From: Patescibacteria group bacterium
GTDB lineage: Bacteria; Patescibacteriota; Microgenomatia; UBA1400; MFAQ01
Assembly: GCA_943355005.1 (NCBI GenBank)
Contig: CALRDV010000002.1
Span: 64,397 to 128,396, forward strand
DNA length: 64,000 nucleotides
Reading direction: 5' to 3'
Shown: in pieces, positions 29,879-40,081 of the stretch
Layout: each line of letters begins with the position of its first letter
Numbering within the stretch: position 1 is the first letter of the stretch
Position numbers and translations under genes: made by a program
The notes under the pieces: model-generated
What the model was told of the DNA's origin: nothing
What the model saw: only the letters and a program-made list of their open reading frames with translations
Databases searched by the model: none

Positions 29879-30865
29879 TCAATCTATTTTTTGTTTCCAA
29901 ACGTCCAAATTAACCAAGCAGGATGGTTGGCGTTCTTCAATAGCGTCGGCAAGATTATCCACCACAATCCTTGCCATTGCAGTTCTGGCCTCAATAGTTG
30001 CTGAAGCTGTATGCGGGGTTAATACTGTATTTGGCAGAGCAATAAGTTCATCCGGCACGTGAGTTTCGTCCTCAAAGACATCAAGCCCGGCGCCTGCAAT
30101 CCATTTTTCTTTTAATGCTTTTATCAAAACTTCCTGATCAACAATAGGCCCCCTGGATGTATTTATTAGGAGAGAGGTTGGCTTCATTAGTTTGAGTTCC
30201 CTCTCACCAATCATATGTCTAGTTTCCGGTGTCAATGGTACGGACAAACTCACCACATCTGCCATTTCCAACAAGTGGTCAAAAGTATGGTAAGTCACAC
30301 TATATTCTTCCTCAAACTCCTCATCCCTGTGACGGTTAAAATAAATAACTTTCATTTCCAATGCTCTTGCCATTCTCGCCGTCCACCTACCAATTCTTCC
30401 CAATCCCACAATTCCAACTATTTTACCCTTTACACTGGTCCCCAATAACAAGTCCGGTTCCCATCGTTTGTATTTACCAGATCGAATTAGCCTATCCCCT
30501 TCAGCAATTCTGCGGTATAAGGCCAAAATAAACCCAATTACCTCTTCAGCCACCGACTCTGTTAACACTCCCGGAGTATTAGTCACGCATATTCCTCTTT
30601 TTGTCGCCGCGGAAACATCAATATTGTCAAAACCCACTGCATAATTACTGATTACTTTTAATTGTGAGCCAGCCGCATCCATTACCTCCCCATCCATTTT
30701 TTCAGTCAACAAAGAGATTATTCCTGTCGCTCCGACGACTCCATCCAAGAGCTGTTGTCTACCAATTTCTCGCTTAGGCCAAACAGTAATATCGTATTTA
30801 TCGCGCAGTCTTTCTACAAACTTGCCCAAAAAAACATGTGTAACAAAAATCTTTGGCTTCTCCAT
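29879..30865 (-). CDS. D-isomer-specific 2-hydroxyacid dehydrogenase (glyoxylate/hydroxypyruvate reductase-like)
   Basis: NAD-binding motif GIVGLGRIGRWTA; catalytic R/E/H region of the D-2-HADH family. Confidence 0.8.
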   Translation of the reverse strand: MEKPKIFVTHVFLGKFVERLRDKYDITVWPKREIGRQQLLDGVVGATGIISLLTEKMDGEVMDAAGSQLKVISNYAVGFDNIDVSAATKRGICVTNTPGVLTESVAEEVIGFILALYRRIAEGDRLIRSGKYKRWEPDLLLGTSVKGKIVGIVGLGRIGRWTARMARALEMKVIYFNRHRDEEFEEEYSVTYHTFDHLLEMADVVSLSVPLTPETRHMIGERELKLMKPTSLLINTSRGPIVDQEVLIKALKEKWIAGAGLDVFEDETHVPDELIALPNTVLTPHTASATIEARTAMARIVVDNLADAIEERQPSCLVNLDVWKQKID

Positions 30866-30880
30866 ACCTTTATTTAACCA

Positions 30881-31864
30881 CTAAATCTGTTCCTCCACCA
30901 CCTTGAGCTTCTTCACCATCCATTTTTCCATCTCATTTTTATAAAGCAAGCCATCTTTCGCTCCTAATTTCATCACCTGACTTCCTCCACTAGCCAAACC
31001 CATTTTCAAAAACTCCTCAGGCTTTTTATTTTGAAGTATTCCTGCCACTATTCCACACACAAATGCGTCTCCTGCCCCCGTATCATCTACTGAATTTACA
31101 GGAAAAGCATCCATCTTTAGCCATGTTCGATTCGAGATAACACTAGCCCCTCTTTTTCCATCAGTCACTGCAATTACTCTAGCTCCCAAGTCAGAAATCT
31201 GTTTCATCAATTCATTTTCATCCTCAAATTCACCCCCGGTCAGCATACTTGCCTCCATTCGATTAACATTAAAGAAATCCAATTTAGGGATAATTTTTTT
31301 CAATCTTTCTTTCTGATCTAACTCTTTTTTACCGGGATTAAAACCGATTTTTACTCCATTGTTATAAGCAAACATTATTAAATCTTCTAAAAATTGCATC
31401 TCACCACCTAGTGATGACACTTGTATCCAATCCGCTTTCTTAATTTCCTCCCAATTAATTTCATTTGGGTCTATCAGAGCACTCTCTCCGCGATATGTGA
31501 CGATAGATCTGCCCCCATCGGACGAGACCAATACTACCGAAAGTCCGGTTTTTCCCTTCCCTTTTTGAAGCATAGACAGGTCTAGATCTTCTCTCTTCAA
31601 TTGTTTTATCAGCACTTCACCTAAATCATCATTGCCGATTCTGGATATCACTTTTATTGCTTCTCCTAACCTATGAAGACCTACAGCTACATTAGTTCCT
31701 CCGCCTCCACTAGCTATCAGATTGTCTTCAGCCTCCAGTTTTCCACCTACTACTTCACACATCGCCAAACCACCGGGCACTTCATGGCCCTTTACGGTTT
31801 TTAATGCTTTCGACTTCAGCAATATATCTACAACAGCCGCACCAACAACAACAACTTTCTGCAT
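30881..31864 (-). CDS. PfkB-family carbohydrate/nucleoside kinase (ribokinase-like)
   Basis: N-terminal GG dipeptide region and C-terminal DTGAGDAFVCG anion-hole motif. Confidence 0.8.
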   Translation of the reverse strand: MQKVVVVGAAVVDILLKSKALKTVKGHEVPGGLAMCEVVGGKLEAEDNLIASGGGGTNVAVGLHRLGEAIKVISRIGNDDLGEVLIKQLKREDLDLSMLQKGKGKTGLSVVLVSSDGGRSIVTYRGESALIDPNEINWEEIKKADWIQVSSLGGEMQFLEDLIMFAYNNGVKIGFNPGKKELDQKERLKKIIPKLDFFNVNRMEASMLTGGEFEDENELMKQISDLGARVIAVTDGKRGASVISNRTWLKMDAFPVNSVDDTGAGDAFVCGIVAGILQNKKPEEFLKMGLASGGSQVMKLGAKDGLLYKNEMEKWMVKKLKVVEEQI

Positions 31865-31925
31865 AAATCCATTCTATCGCATCCAAAGCTACGCTATTTC
31901 AATTTATGGTTGATAATAATAATTA

Positions 31926-33125
31926 GTGCAAAAATATTTAGGCTCAAACATATGGAAGTTTTATCTAATTGCCGGCCTAGGCATTCGGTTTATTGCCCCT
32001 ATTAGAATTCTTTATCTCCTATCCTTCGGGTTAACTTTTTCTCAAATTGGTATGATGGAGCTGGCCGCTGCCCTCGTAATAGTAGTTCTTGAAGTTCCAA
32101 CTGGCGTCTTTGCCGACCTAGTTGGTCGCAAAGCTTCCAGAATGGTGGCTTACATTCTCTCAATTGTTGCATTTTCTTGTTTGAGTTTTGGCTCCACTGC
32201 TACAATTTTTATTTTCGGATGGGCACTCTCAGGAGCAGCTGATGCATTTCAGTCCGGCGCTCAAGACGCATTAATATTCGACACTTTAAAGTCTTTAGGT
32301 AGAGAAAAAGAATATTTGCCTCTCAAAAGCCGATTTCTACTTATTAATACAGTTACGGTTATTTTGGGATCTATCCTCGGAGCTTGGCTTTATAAAATTG
32401 ACCATCGACTTCCTTGGTACCTTATTACGGTTTTTATTACTTTGTCTGCCTTGGTTTTTTCCACAATCATCGAACCGGAGACAAATAGAAAATTTTCCAG
32501 ATTTACCGATCGGCTTAAAGAGTTTAAATTATCCCTCAAACTTTCAATGTCCAGTCTGGATGTTAGAAGATTAATCGTTTTAGGGTTAATTTTAACAATT
32601 CCTATGTATGTATTTGTTACTCTTTTGAACCAGCCCTATCTCATTAGCCTAGGCTTTAACGTTCAATCATTAGGATTAGTCTTCGCTCTTATTACAGGTA
32701 TCAGTGGTTTTACCGCCTCATTCTCTCACCAAGTTGAACCAAAGATAAGAAAAAGACTTTCATTTTTAATTATTTTTATATCTTTTACTTTACTTCTAAT
32801 TTTCATGGGGTTGGTTCATAGCCCCGTTGCTTTATTGTTTGTAATCTTGTTCTATGTTGTCGAGAATTACAAGAATATAATCATCGATAATTATATTAAT
32901 CAGTCGATCGATTCGGAGAGTCGTGCCACAGTTTTATCGGTACAATCACTTGCCAACAATATAATAATTTCCATCGTTTTTGTTTTTGTAGGGTATTTTA
33001 TCGACATCTTAAGCATAAATATCGTTTTAATACTAATGGGTGTTTTGACAGGATTAGCTTGTATTCCATTTATATCAATTTCAAATCGGATCAAGACTGT
33101 CAAACTTGATAAGATATCTATATGA
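31926..33125 (+). CDS. MFS transporter
   Basis: 12 predicted TM segments; MFS loop 2-3 motif GVFADLVGRK. Start may be GTG at 31926 or a downstream ATG. Confidence 0.6.
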   Translation: MQKYLGSNIWKFYLIAGLGIRFIAPIRILYLLSFGLTFSQIGMMELAAALVIVVLEVPTGVFADLVGRKASRMVAYILSIVAFSCLSFGSTATIFIFGWALSGAADAFQSGAQDALIFDTLKSLGREKEYLPLKSRFLLINTVTVILGSILGAWLYKIDHRLPWYLITVFITLSALVFSTIIEPETNRKFSRFTDRLKEFKLSLKLSMSSLDVRRLIVLGLILTIPMYVFVTLLNQPYLISLGFNVQSLGLVFALITGISGFTASFSHQVEPKIRKRLSFLIIFISFTLLLIFMGLVHSPVALLFVILFYVVENYKNIIIDNYINQSIDSESRATVLSVQSLANNIIISIVFVFVGYFIDILSINIVLILMGVLTGLACIPFISISNRIKTVKLDKISI

Positions 33126-33568
33126 AACCTTGGCATTTACTGCGGCCCAAAACAGGCAAAGAGATTCCTTTTTTAATTCTCATTAGTTTTTTGGCCACTT
33201 TCGCTCTATCACGCTTAATTACATCACTACCATTTCCCAATCTATATCTCAAAGTTAGAGGTACACATATTCATCACTTAGCTTACGGCATATTTATCCT
33301 CGGAGTTTCAGGTTTTTTAAGTCTAGTTCAAGAAAGGTCTCCAAAAACTAGATTACAGCTCTCAATTCTCTTTGGAATTGGTCTAGGGCTTGCCTTTGAT
33401 GAATTTGCCATGTGGATACAGCTTGAAGACGTCTACAAGGACAGATCAACCTACGATGCCATAGTTGTAATCTCCCTCATTCTCCTAAACATAGTTTACT
33501 TTGGTGATTTCTGGAAAAAATGGGGACACCACTTAGGAAAACTTGTCAAACGCATCTTTACGATATAG
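33122..33568 (+). CDS. Small membrane protein (hypothetical)
   Basis: Four hydrophobic segments; overlaps the upstream stop. Confidence 0.4.
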   Translation: MKPWHLLRPKTGKEIPFLILISFLATFALSRLITSLPFPNLYLKVRGTHIHHLAYGIFILGVSGFLSLVQERSPKTRLQLSILFGIGLGLAFDEFAMWIQLEDVYKDRSTYDAIVVISLILLNIVYFGDFWKKWGHHLGKLVKRIFTI

Positions 33569-34022
33569 TTTCGATTGGATACTTAAATTCTTCTTTTTTC
33601 ATCTTAATGGCAAAAAGTGGTTCAATCGGCTGATAAGAAAGTATCTCTCCACCAATTTCTTCAAGCCCAGAAGTCCTTAAATCCACCACATAGATATATC
33701 CTATTTCTGAAATTTCAGAAGGTTTTTCCACTCCAAAACTGGGTTTCTTGTCGTAACTCACCTTTCCATCCTCAATCTTCATAAAGCAGGCACTTACCCT
33801 CTTCCCCACCTCTATTCCACCACATAAAGCCCTAAACTCGGCCACCAAAGGATTCTTCGACAGATACACAGCCTTTCTATTTCCAGTCTCTTTTGAATCA
33901 TCATTTGCAAGCGACGGTTTTAACTGACCGTCGATTAGTACAGAGCTCCCATGAAAACAGTACCCCCTCACGACCAAATCTTCCAAGGACTCTGTTATGT
34001 TCTCTTCTCCGACGATTAACAT
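33558..34022 (-). CDS. Hypothetical protein
   Basis: ORF with plausible coding look; no motif recognised. Confidence 0.35.
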   Translation of the reverse strand: MLIVGEENITESLEDLVVRGYCFHGSSVLIDGQLKPSLANDDSKETGNRKAVYLSKNPLVAEFRALCGGIEVGKRVSACFMKIEDGKVSYDKKPSFGVEKPSEISEIGYIYVVDLRTSGLEEIGGEILSYQPIEPLFAIKMKKEEFKYPIETIS

Positions 34023-34036
34023 TTTTTACAGTTGAA

Positions 34037-34783
34037 TTATTTAAATACAATCTCTGAAAGCTTTTTGGAAATTTCATTTGGATTCGGGTCTTGCCAAACA
34101 TTTCTACCTATCGCAATACCCCTGGCTCCTGCCTTCATCGCCCCTTCAATTTCCAAATCCAAGTTTTCCCAGTCCACTTTTTTTCCACCTTGAGCCAGCA
34201 CTCCTGTTTTACCTGCAGCTCTCACTGTCCAACTAAAACTCTCGGGATCTCCGGTGTAAGGCACCTTTACAAAATCTGCATTCAATTCCATACCGATTCT
34301 TGCCCCATAAGCCACTACATCCCTGTCAGACTCCCTTCCAAACACCTTTTTGCCCCTAGGATACATCCAAGCAATCACAATCATTCCTCTGGCATGGGCC
34401 TCATCCTCAATTTTAGAAAATTCTACCAGCATTTGCTCTTCATGCTCACTTCCTACATATATGGTATATCCAACTCCGATCGCGCCAAGCGCAGCCGCTT
34501 TTTCCACCGTACAAAGCTGAAGTGATAATGGCTCCTCACTATAGAAAGAAGTCTTACCATTTAGTTTTACAATCAGAGGAACACCACTTTCTTTATCATA
34601 ATATTTTGCTGCTACACCTTCCTGAAAAACCACTCCTGTAAAGTAACCATTTTTTGCAATCTCCATGATGTAGGCAGGATCTACACTTTTTTCATCGAAG
34701 TCCACCGGACCATGTTCAAATCCCTGATCATATGCAATCAGCATTACTTTCCCATTTTTTTCAATCCTAGTTGTATCAATCAT
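34037..34783 (-). CDS. Class I aldolase of the DhnA/FbaB (archaeal-type fructose-bisphosphate aldolase) family
   Basis: TIM-barrel aldolase pattern with a Schiff-base lysine region (ELNADFVKVPYTG) and overall DeoC/FbaB-like layout. Confidence 0.55.
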   Translation of the reverse strand: MIDTTRIEKNGKVMLIAYDQGFEHGPVDFDEKSVDPAYIMEIAKNGYFTGVVFQEGVAAKYYDKESGVPLIVKLNGKTSFYSEEPLSLQLCTVEKAAALGAIGVGYTIYVGSEHEEQMLVEFSKIEDEAHARGMIVIAWMYPRGKKVFGRESDRDVVAYGARIGMELNADFVKVPYTGDPESFSWTVRAAGKTGVLAQGGKKVDWENLDLEIEGAMKAGARGIAIGRNVWQDPNPNEISKKLSEIVFK

Positions 34784-34801
34784 ATTTATATAATAACTTT
34801 T

Positions 34802-35428
34802 TTATTCCATGAATGCTTTCTCCCCACTTAAATCATCTTTAATGCCCTCCTGATGTGGTGGCATCTCTGTATCAAACTCTTTCAGATACTCCATTACTTG
34901 TTCCGGTGTTGTCGCAATCTTATAGACTCTCAAAGCACCAGGTCTATCTCCGATACGCATATTGGCTACAAGAGTCTCCACTATTGGATACCAAAAATCA
35001 CCGTAAAGAATGAGTGGTTTATGGTGACCAAAATAAAGATACGCCAATCCCCAAGCCATACCAAGTTCCGAAAGAGTTCCTGTTCCACCATTAAAAACAA
35101 CGTAAGCGTCTCCAAGTTCCAGAAGCTTCATTGTTCTGTCGACGTAATTGTTCATGATTATCTCTTTGTCGGCTTTATTTAGAGGATCCTTTCCTTCAAA
35201 ATTCTCAATAAATTTCGGGTAAAACGTTGCCACTGAAGCGACACCACCACCTTCATGAGCACCTTCTGTAGCCGCTCTCATTACTCCGGGGCCACCTCCA
35301 TTAACCACTTCCAGACCGTTCTGAGCTATCAATCTGGTGACATCCACTGTCTCCCGATAAAGCGGGTCACTAGGAGGACAGTCTGCGAATCCAAACACTG
35401 TAATTGCTTTCAAGTTCTTAAATGTCAT
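34802..35428 (-). CDS. LOG family protein (TIGR00730; cytokinin riboside 5'-monophosphate phosphoribohydrolase-like)
   Basis: GGGPGVMRA and FNGGTGTLSEL motifs typical of LOG. Confidence 0.7.
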   Translation of the reverse strand: MTFKNLKAITVFGFADCPPSDPLYRETVDVTRLIAQNGLEVVNGGGPGVMRAATEGAHEGGGVASVATFYPKFIENFEGKDPLNKADKEIIMNNYVDRTMKLLELGDAYVVFNGGTGTLSELGMAWGLAYLYFGHHKPLILYGDFWYPIVETLVANMRIGDRPGALRVYKIATTPEQVMEYLKEFDTEMPPHQEGIKDDLSGEKAFME

Positions 35429-35451
35429 ACTCCTACTATACTGTAAAAATC

Positions 35452-36135
35452 TTATATTGCACCGAGATTCTCAAGCCGCCTCAGTTCAAGTTCCACATCT
35501 TCAGCATTGAACAAATCTGATCCAACAACAAACTCCATTCCCAAAAAGCTTTTGTTAAATTCATCATTAGCAATCTCTTGTGCCCACTCGGCTACTAAAC
35601 ATTTTTTAATATTTTCCACATTAAGCCCTCCATCTACTACAATCTTTACAAATTCACTCATCTCTCTCACTTTTTTAATTTTATCCAGCACTCGGTCGTC
35701 AAATTCCTGGACTCCCTGGCTTCCGGCCTTTACACTCATGAGCAGAACTCCATCAAGATTATTTATTACATCTTCTAAGCCATCCAGTGGGGTATCTATA
35801 TCGAAAGCCAACCCCGCTTTCATCCCTGCCGCCTCAGTGTCGGCAATAAATTTAGTCCTATCCTGCATTTTCTCCACATGGCCATATAGCACCGTCATTC
35901 CCGCTGCCGCACACCTATCCACCCATTCTTCCGGTTTATCTACCATAAGCTGACCCTCAAAATCCACAATAGTATCAATATTCAGTAAAATTTCCGGCAT
36001 GACAGTTTCCGTTGGTGCAAATTTACCATCTATTACATCCATCTGCACTCTTTTACTTATTCCCCATACTTTTTTTAACTTCTCCTCAAAAGATGTAATA
36101 TCTTTTTCTAATATTGCCGGAACTATTGTGACCAT
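35452..36135 (-). CDS. rpe: Ribulose-phosphate 3-epimerase
   Basis: N-terminal PAIL...DVIDGKFAP (PSILxAD...DVMDG pattern); TIM barrel of about 225 aa. Confidence 0.7.
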   Translation of the reverse strand: MVTIVPAILEKDITSFEEKLKKVWGISKRVQMDVIDGKFAPTETVMPEILLNIDTIVDFEGQLMVDKPEEWVDRCAAAGMTVLYGHVEKMQDRTKFIADTEAAGMKAGLAFDIDTPLDGLEDVINNLDGVLLMSVKAGSQGVQEFDDRVLDKIKKVREMSEFVKIVVDGGLNVENIKKCLVAEWAQEIANDEFNKSFLGMEFVVGSDLFNAEDVELELRRLENLGAI

Positions 36136-36573
36136 TTAAATTAAATTATCTAATTTCATAATACGTCTTTTATATTTATCTTCCCTAGAAGCCTCTTCTG
36201 TCAAAAATATTTTTATCATTCTCATTACCGTCACTTCATCCACATAATCGGAGGGAATCGACAAGGCGTTAATATCATCATCAGTTCTTCCTTTTAACAC
36301 GGCATCCTCACCAAACCCCAAGCCACATCTCACGCCCACGTATCTATTGGCCGCGATTACCATGCCATATCCATTCCTACAAAACAATAGTACCCTATCT
36401 CCGGAGGAAGTTACAGCCTTCACCGCTCTTTTTGCATATTCCACAAAATCGTCTTCAGCCACCAGATTCTCGGCTCCCACATCTTCCACGGTATAGCCCT
36501 CATCTACCAGCCACCTTTTAATTGACTCTTTCATTTCAAACCCTCCATGGTCCGCCCCCAATATTACTTTCAT
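36136..36573 (-). CDS. rpiB: Ribose-5-phosphate isomerase B (RpiB/LacAB family)
   Basis: MKVILGADHGGFEMK N-terminus and CRNGYGM region characteristic of RpiB. Confidence 0.75.
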   Translation of the reverse strand: MKVILGADHGGFEMKESIKRWLVDEGYTVEDVGAENLVAEDDFVEYAKRAVKAVTSSGDRVLLFCRNGYGMVIAANRYVGVRCGLGFGEDAVLKGRTDDDINALSIPSDYVDEVTVMRMIKIFLTEEASREDKYKRRIMKLDNLI

Positions 36574-36597
36574 TACTTAATACTATATCAAATTGAT

Positions 36598-37233
36598 CTA
36601 ATCTTTTGCTTTTACCGTTTCAATTTCTACTCCATCATCATCTCTTAATTTTCTAATACCGTAAATCATAGGTTTCTCTTGGGTTTCACGCCAATTCCAA
36701 CCCTTATTTGCCTCAAAAGTTACCTTTAATGATTCTACTTGATATTTTTTTCTTGGAGCATTTTTTTCCCATACAACAATGTCACCTTTATCATCTTTTC
36801 CTAAAACCAAAAAAGAGTGTGCCACATACCCCTTAGAATTACCATACGGAGGGGATTTGAGGTGGACAACACACGGATACCCAAATCTGTTTAATCTATC
36901 AATCAATTCGTCTACAGAACCAGCTTCATTGTATTCTGCATCAAAGAAATCTTTATCTTTCAATCTTATATCTCCCAAGTTAACACCTTCACTTTCAAGC
37001 GACGCAACTGCCAAATGACAATAAACATTACGAATTTGTGAACCAGACAATAAATAATTTTCGTCAGATTCTCTATCAGCCCTCTGGTTAACAAAAAATG
37101 ACATCTCTATCTTTTTTCGTTGTTCACCTGAAAGCTTTACCCACCCTTCTGTTTCACGAAGTGTATCTAATTTTTTGTTTCTCTCTATTTTTTCCCTGTC
37201 AAGTAATTCTCCGCGAGTTTCCATGTCAATCAA
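36598..37233 (-). CDS. Hypothetical protein; possible Cys/His hydrolase fold
   Basis: No clear motif. A conserved-looking Cys (NVYCHLAVAS) and His (YVAHSFLVLG) weakly suggest a papain-like fold. Confidence 0.3.
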   Translation of the reverse strand: MIDMETRGELLDREKIERNKKLDTLRETEGWVKLSGEQRKKIEMSFFVNQRADRESDENYLLSGSQIRNVYCHLAVASLESEGVNLGDIRLKDKDFFDAEYNEAGSVDELIDRLNRFGYPCVVHLKSPPYGNSKGYVAHSFLVLGKDDKGDIVVWEKNAPRKKYQVESLKVTFEANKGWNWRETQEKPMIYGIRKLRDDDGVEIETVKAKD

Positions 37234-37531
37234 GTCCCAGCTCAGCTCTTAATTCCTCAGACATCGCCTCAGTGCTCCAAGGCGGATCCCACACTAAATC
37301 TACAATTACTTTTTTCACTTCGGGAACTTCCTTCATGGCATCTCTCACTTTTTTATCAATTACCGGAGCCAGCGGGCATCCGGGGCTCGTGAGTGTCATT
37401 TCTATCTCTGCCTCACCGGCTTCATATCGGACATCGTAAATCAGGCCCAAGTCAACTATGCTCACTCCCAGCTCTGGGTCAATTACCTTTTTCAAGGCTT
37501 CGCGTATTTTATCTTCAATCATTTCCATCAC
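37226..37531 (-). CDS. DUF59/MIP18-family Fe-S assembly protein (SufT-like)
   Basis: VIDPELGVSIVDLGLIYDV...TSPGCPLAPVI signature of DUF59. Confidence 0.8.
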   Translation of the reverse strand: MMEMIEDKIREALKKVIDPELGVSIVDLGLIYDVRYEAGEAEIEMTLTSPGCPLAPVIDKKVRDAMKEVPEVKKVIVDLVWDPPWSTEAMSEELRAELGLD

Positions 37532-37719
37532 CTTATTTTAAACTGTGCCTCAATCAAAACAAAGACCCCCCACACGGCCAGAGTTAATGCTATAAGCATC
37601 CACTGGGTACTTGCCAGCCAAAGATCGGTTCCAAACGCCCCGATAAAAGCTAGTATCACACACACGATTGAAGCATAGATCAATATTTTTCCCACCGCCA
37701 ATTTATCTTTATTCCTCAT
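37528..37719 (-). CDS. Small membrane protein (hypothetical)
   Basis: 63 aa with two TM helices; overlaps the upstream gene stop. Confidence 0.3.
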   Translation of the reverse strand: MRNKDKLAVGKILIYASIVCVILAFIGAFGTDLWLASTQWMLIALTLAVWGVFVLIEAQFKIR

Positions 37720-37788
37720 TCATTACACCTCCTCTCAAATTCATATTAAAAATACTCCTTATTCATTAAGTATATCTCAATCCAATTG

Positions 37789-39384
37789 TTAATCTTTTTT
37801 CCTTAACAAATCTATGTATCTATCCAAAGTCGCTTTGGTCATATTTTTAAAACTATCACCAATCCAAACCGACCCACCACTCGCCTTAATAAAGTCAAAA
37901 AGTTGGCTGCTTTGATTTTCAGTCAAACCCGTACCTTTTCTGCCTACATAACAATCGGCATCATTAACCCAAACCTTCCCATTTAGAAATATTCTAGAAC
38001 TACTATTCCTCAGGCTTTCTTTAAACATAAAATTATTAACCAACTTTCCTATCACCGGTAGACCTGACACATAAGGATTAATTGTGTCTATTCCAACCCT
38101 CGCCGAATCCACTACACCTACTAGAGGTGAAAGCTGTGTAATTGCCGACAATATATGAATATCTTCTCCAGCCGCTTTTCTAATTGTCATATATCCCGTC
38201 CTCAACGCTTGTGCTCTCGTCATCGGTACGTAATAACTACTGGAAAAACAAACAGGGTAAGTAAAATCTATCTTAAGCATCTCAAATCCCCAATCTATGA
38301 ATAGCTTAATTACCTTATTAATATATTTTTGTACTTCGGGGTGGGTCGGATCCAATACTCTCAGAGAAAGCGAAGTCATAAAATCAACAGGTGAGCTTTG
38401 CCTTCCTTCCAAATATTTTCCATTTTTATCTTTCAAGAACCACTCAGGATGTTGGGCAAATATCTTACTTTTCGAATTGGCTACATAAGGAGCCAGCCAA
38501 ATCCCGGCCTTCAATCCTGCTTTTTCAATTTCTTTAACCACGCTTTCAAAACCTGAAGGAAAACTATCATTTATCTCCAACCAATCCCCCCAAACACAGT
38601 ATCCGGCATCGATCTGAATATACTTTAGATTTGATTTTTTAGGAAATATCGATAGCGCCTTAAGCTGATTCTGAAGATAAACTTCACTCACAGTATTACC
38701 TTGATAATAATAAGCACAGCAGAGTCCTACCGGAGGAGATTTAGTTTTTTTGATTTCGGAATACTTAACTATTAAATCTGCATATTCATCCAAATTTTCT
38801 CTCAGACCTCTTCCTTTTATAAAGGCGATTTTTTCAGAAGCAACTTTTTCTCCCGGCTTAAGAATCAAGCCATCCAATTGACAAGTCACTCTAACTCTTA
38901 ACTTTTCCTTTTCTTGACGGAGATAAATTTGAGAAAATTGATCTGCCGAGGTAACCGCTCCTATTACCACATTTTCATCGGAAAATACCACTTCAGTAAA
39001 CCACTCGTTCACCATAGCATTTTTCATATAACCGTAATCATCCAAAAATGAATTTGGGTTCTGGTCTCTTTTTAGAAAAAATTTATTTTTCTTTGTTCTT
39101 AGAATCTTATTTCTATATCCTGAAAAACTGGACTGCCCCCAGCCATTTTCCAAAACACTTTCAACTTTGCCATCCATTAAGAACTCAGATACCATTATCG
39201 AATTAATCTTTACCTCTTCTTTACTCTCATTAATTACCTCAGCTTGAAAAACGAAAATCTCTGGACCCTCTTCCAACATCCTTCTAAAGACTTTAATCTT
39301 TTCTACATTATTAGAATCTATATATTTCGTGACACCATTAATGTTTGCAAATAATCCAAACCTAGAATCAGAAAAACTTCTCAT
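37789..39384 (-). CDS. Glycoside hydrolase, alpha-galactosidase-like (GH36/GH27 clan)
   Basis: IDAGYCVWGDW resembles the melibiase DDGW motif; LAPYVANSKSKIFAQHPEWF fits the family. Confidence 0.4.
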   Translation of the reverse strand: MRSFSDSRFGLFANINGVTKYIDSNNVEKIKVFRRMLEEGPEIFVFQAEVINESKEEVKINSIMVSEFLMDGKVESVLENGWGQSSFSGYRNKILRTKKNKFFLKRDQNPNSFLDDYGYMKNAMVNEWFTEVVFSDENVVIGAVTSADQFSQIYLRQEKEKLRVRVTCQLDGLILKPGEKVASEKIAFIKGRGLRENLDEYADLIVKYSEIKKTKSPPVGLCCAYYYQGNTVSEVYLQNQLKALSIFPKKSNLKYIQIDAGYCVWGDWLEINDSFPSGFESVVKEIEKAGLKAGIWLAPYVANSKSKIFAQHPEWFLKDKNGKYLEGRQSSPVDFMTSLSLRVLDPTHPEVQKYINKVIKLFIDWGFEMLKIDFTYPVCFSSSYYVPMTRAQALRTGYMTIRKAAGEDIHILSAITQLSPLVGVVDSARVGIDTINPYVSGLPVIGKLVNNFMFKESLRNSSSRIFLNGKVWVNDADCYVGRKGTGLTENQSSQLFDFIKASGGSVWIGDSFKNMTKATLDRYIDLLRKKD

Positions 39385-40075
39385 AAAAAATCTTAGTTTC
39401 CGGAACGCCCTTTTCCTTCAACTTCTTATCTGTTTCATTAATCATTTCCGGAGAACCACAAAGATAGTTTAGGTTGTTTTCCCAATTTTGCTGAAGACGA
39501 TCAATTACCACCCCCACATGGCCTTTAAATCCCGGCCAGTCTGGTCCAGGTTTTGACAACACCACATCAATTTTAAAATTATCAAAATCACGATTGATAT
39601 TATCCAACTCCTTTAACCAATACAAATCATCTTCAAACCTCATTCCCCAAATAAGCCTCACTTCTCCCATAAAATGTTTTTTATACAGAAGGTCTTCTAT
39701 CATTGGTTTAAATGGCGCAATACCCGTTCCGGTAGCCACAAATAATAGTTGCTTGGCGTCTAAAAGTAGCATTGAATCTACCGTAAACTTGCCCAAAAAT
39801 CCGAGCACTTCGACAGCATCTCCGATTTTTAGACTCAAGATAAATTTGGAACCCACCCCCATCGGACTCACATCCACCAGCAAATCTATCGACTTTCCGC
39901 CTGGCAAACTTGCAACAGAATAAGACCGCCTCATCCCATCTTCACTCACTTTGATACTTGCATATTGACCTGGGATATATCCAACCTCTTCATCGAAGCA
40001 AATTCGAACAAGCCAAATATTTCCGGCTAAATTCTCCTTATACTCTACCTTCCCAACCATTTTTCTTGGTGCCAT
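39368..40075 (-). CDS. FAD/NAD(P)-binding oxidoreductase of the ferredoxin-NADP reductase family
   Basis: RRSYSVAS (RxYS FAD-binding) and VATGTGIAPF NAD-binding motifs. Confidence 0.7.
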   Translation of the reverse strand: MAPRKMVGKVEYKENLAGNIWLVRICFDEEVGYIPGQYASIKVSEDGMRRSYSVASLPGGKSIDLLVDVSPMGVGSKFILSLKIGDAVEVLGFLGKFTVDSMLLLDAKQLLFVATGTGIAPFKPMIEDLLYKKHFMGEVRLIWGMRFEDDLYWLKELDNINRDFDNFKIDVVLSKPGPDWPGFKGHVGVVIDRLQQNWENNLNYLCGSPEMINETDKKLKEKGVPETKIFYEKFF

Positions 40076-40081
40076 ATTATT

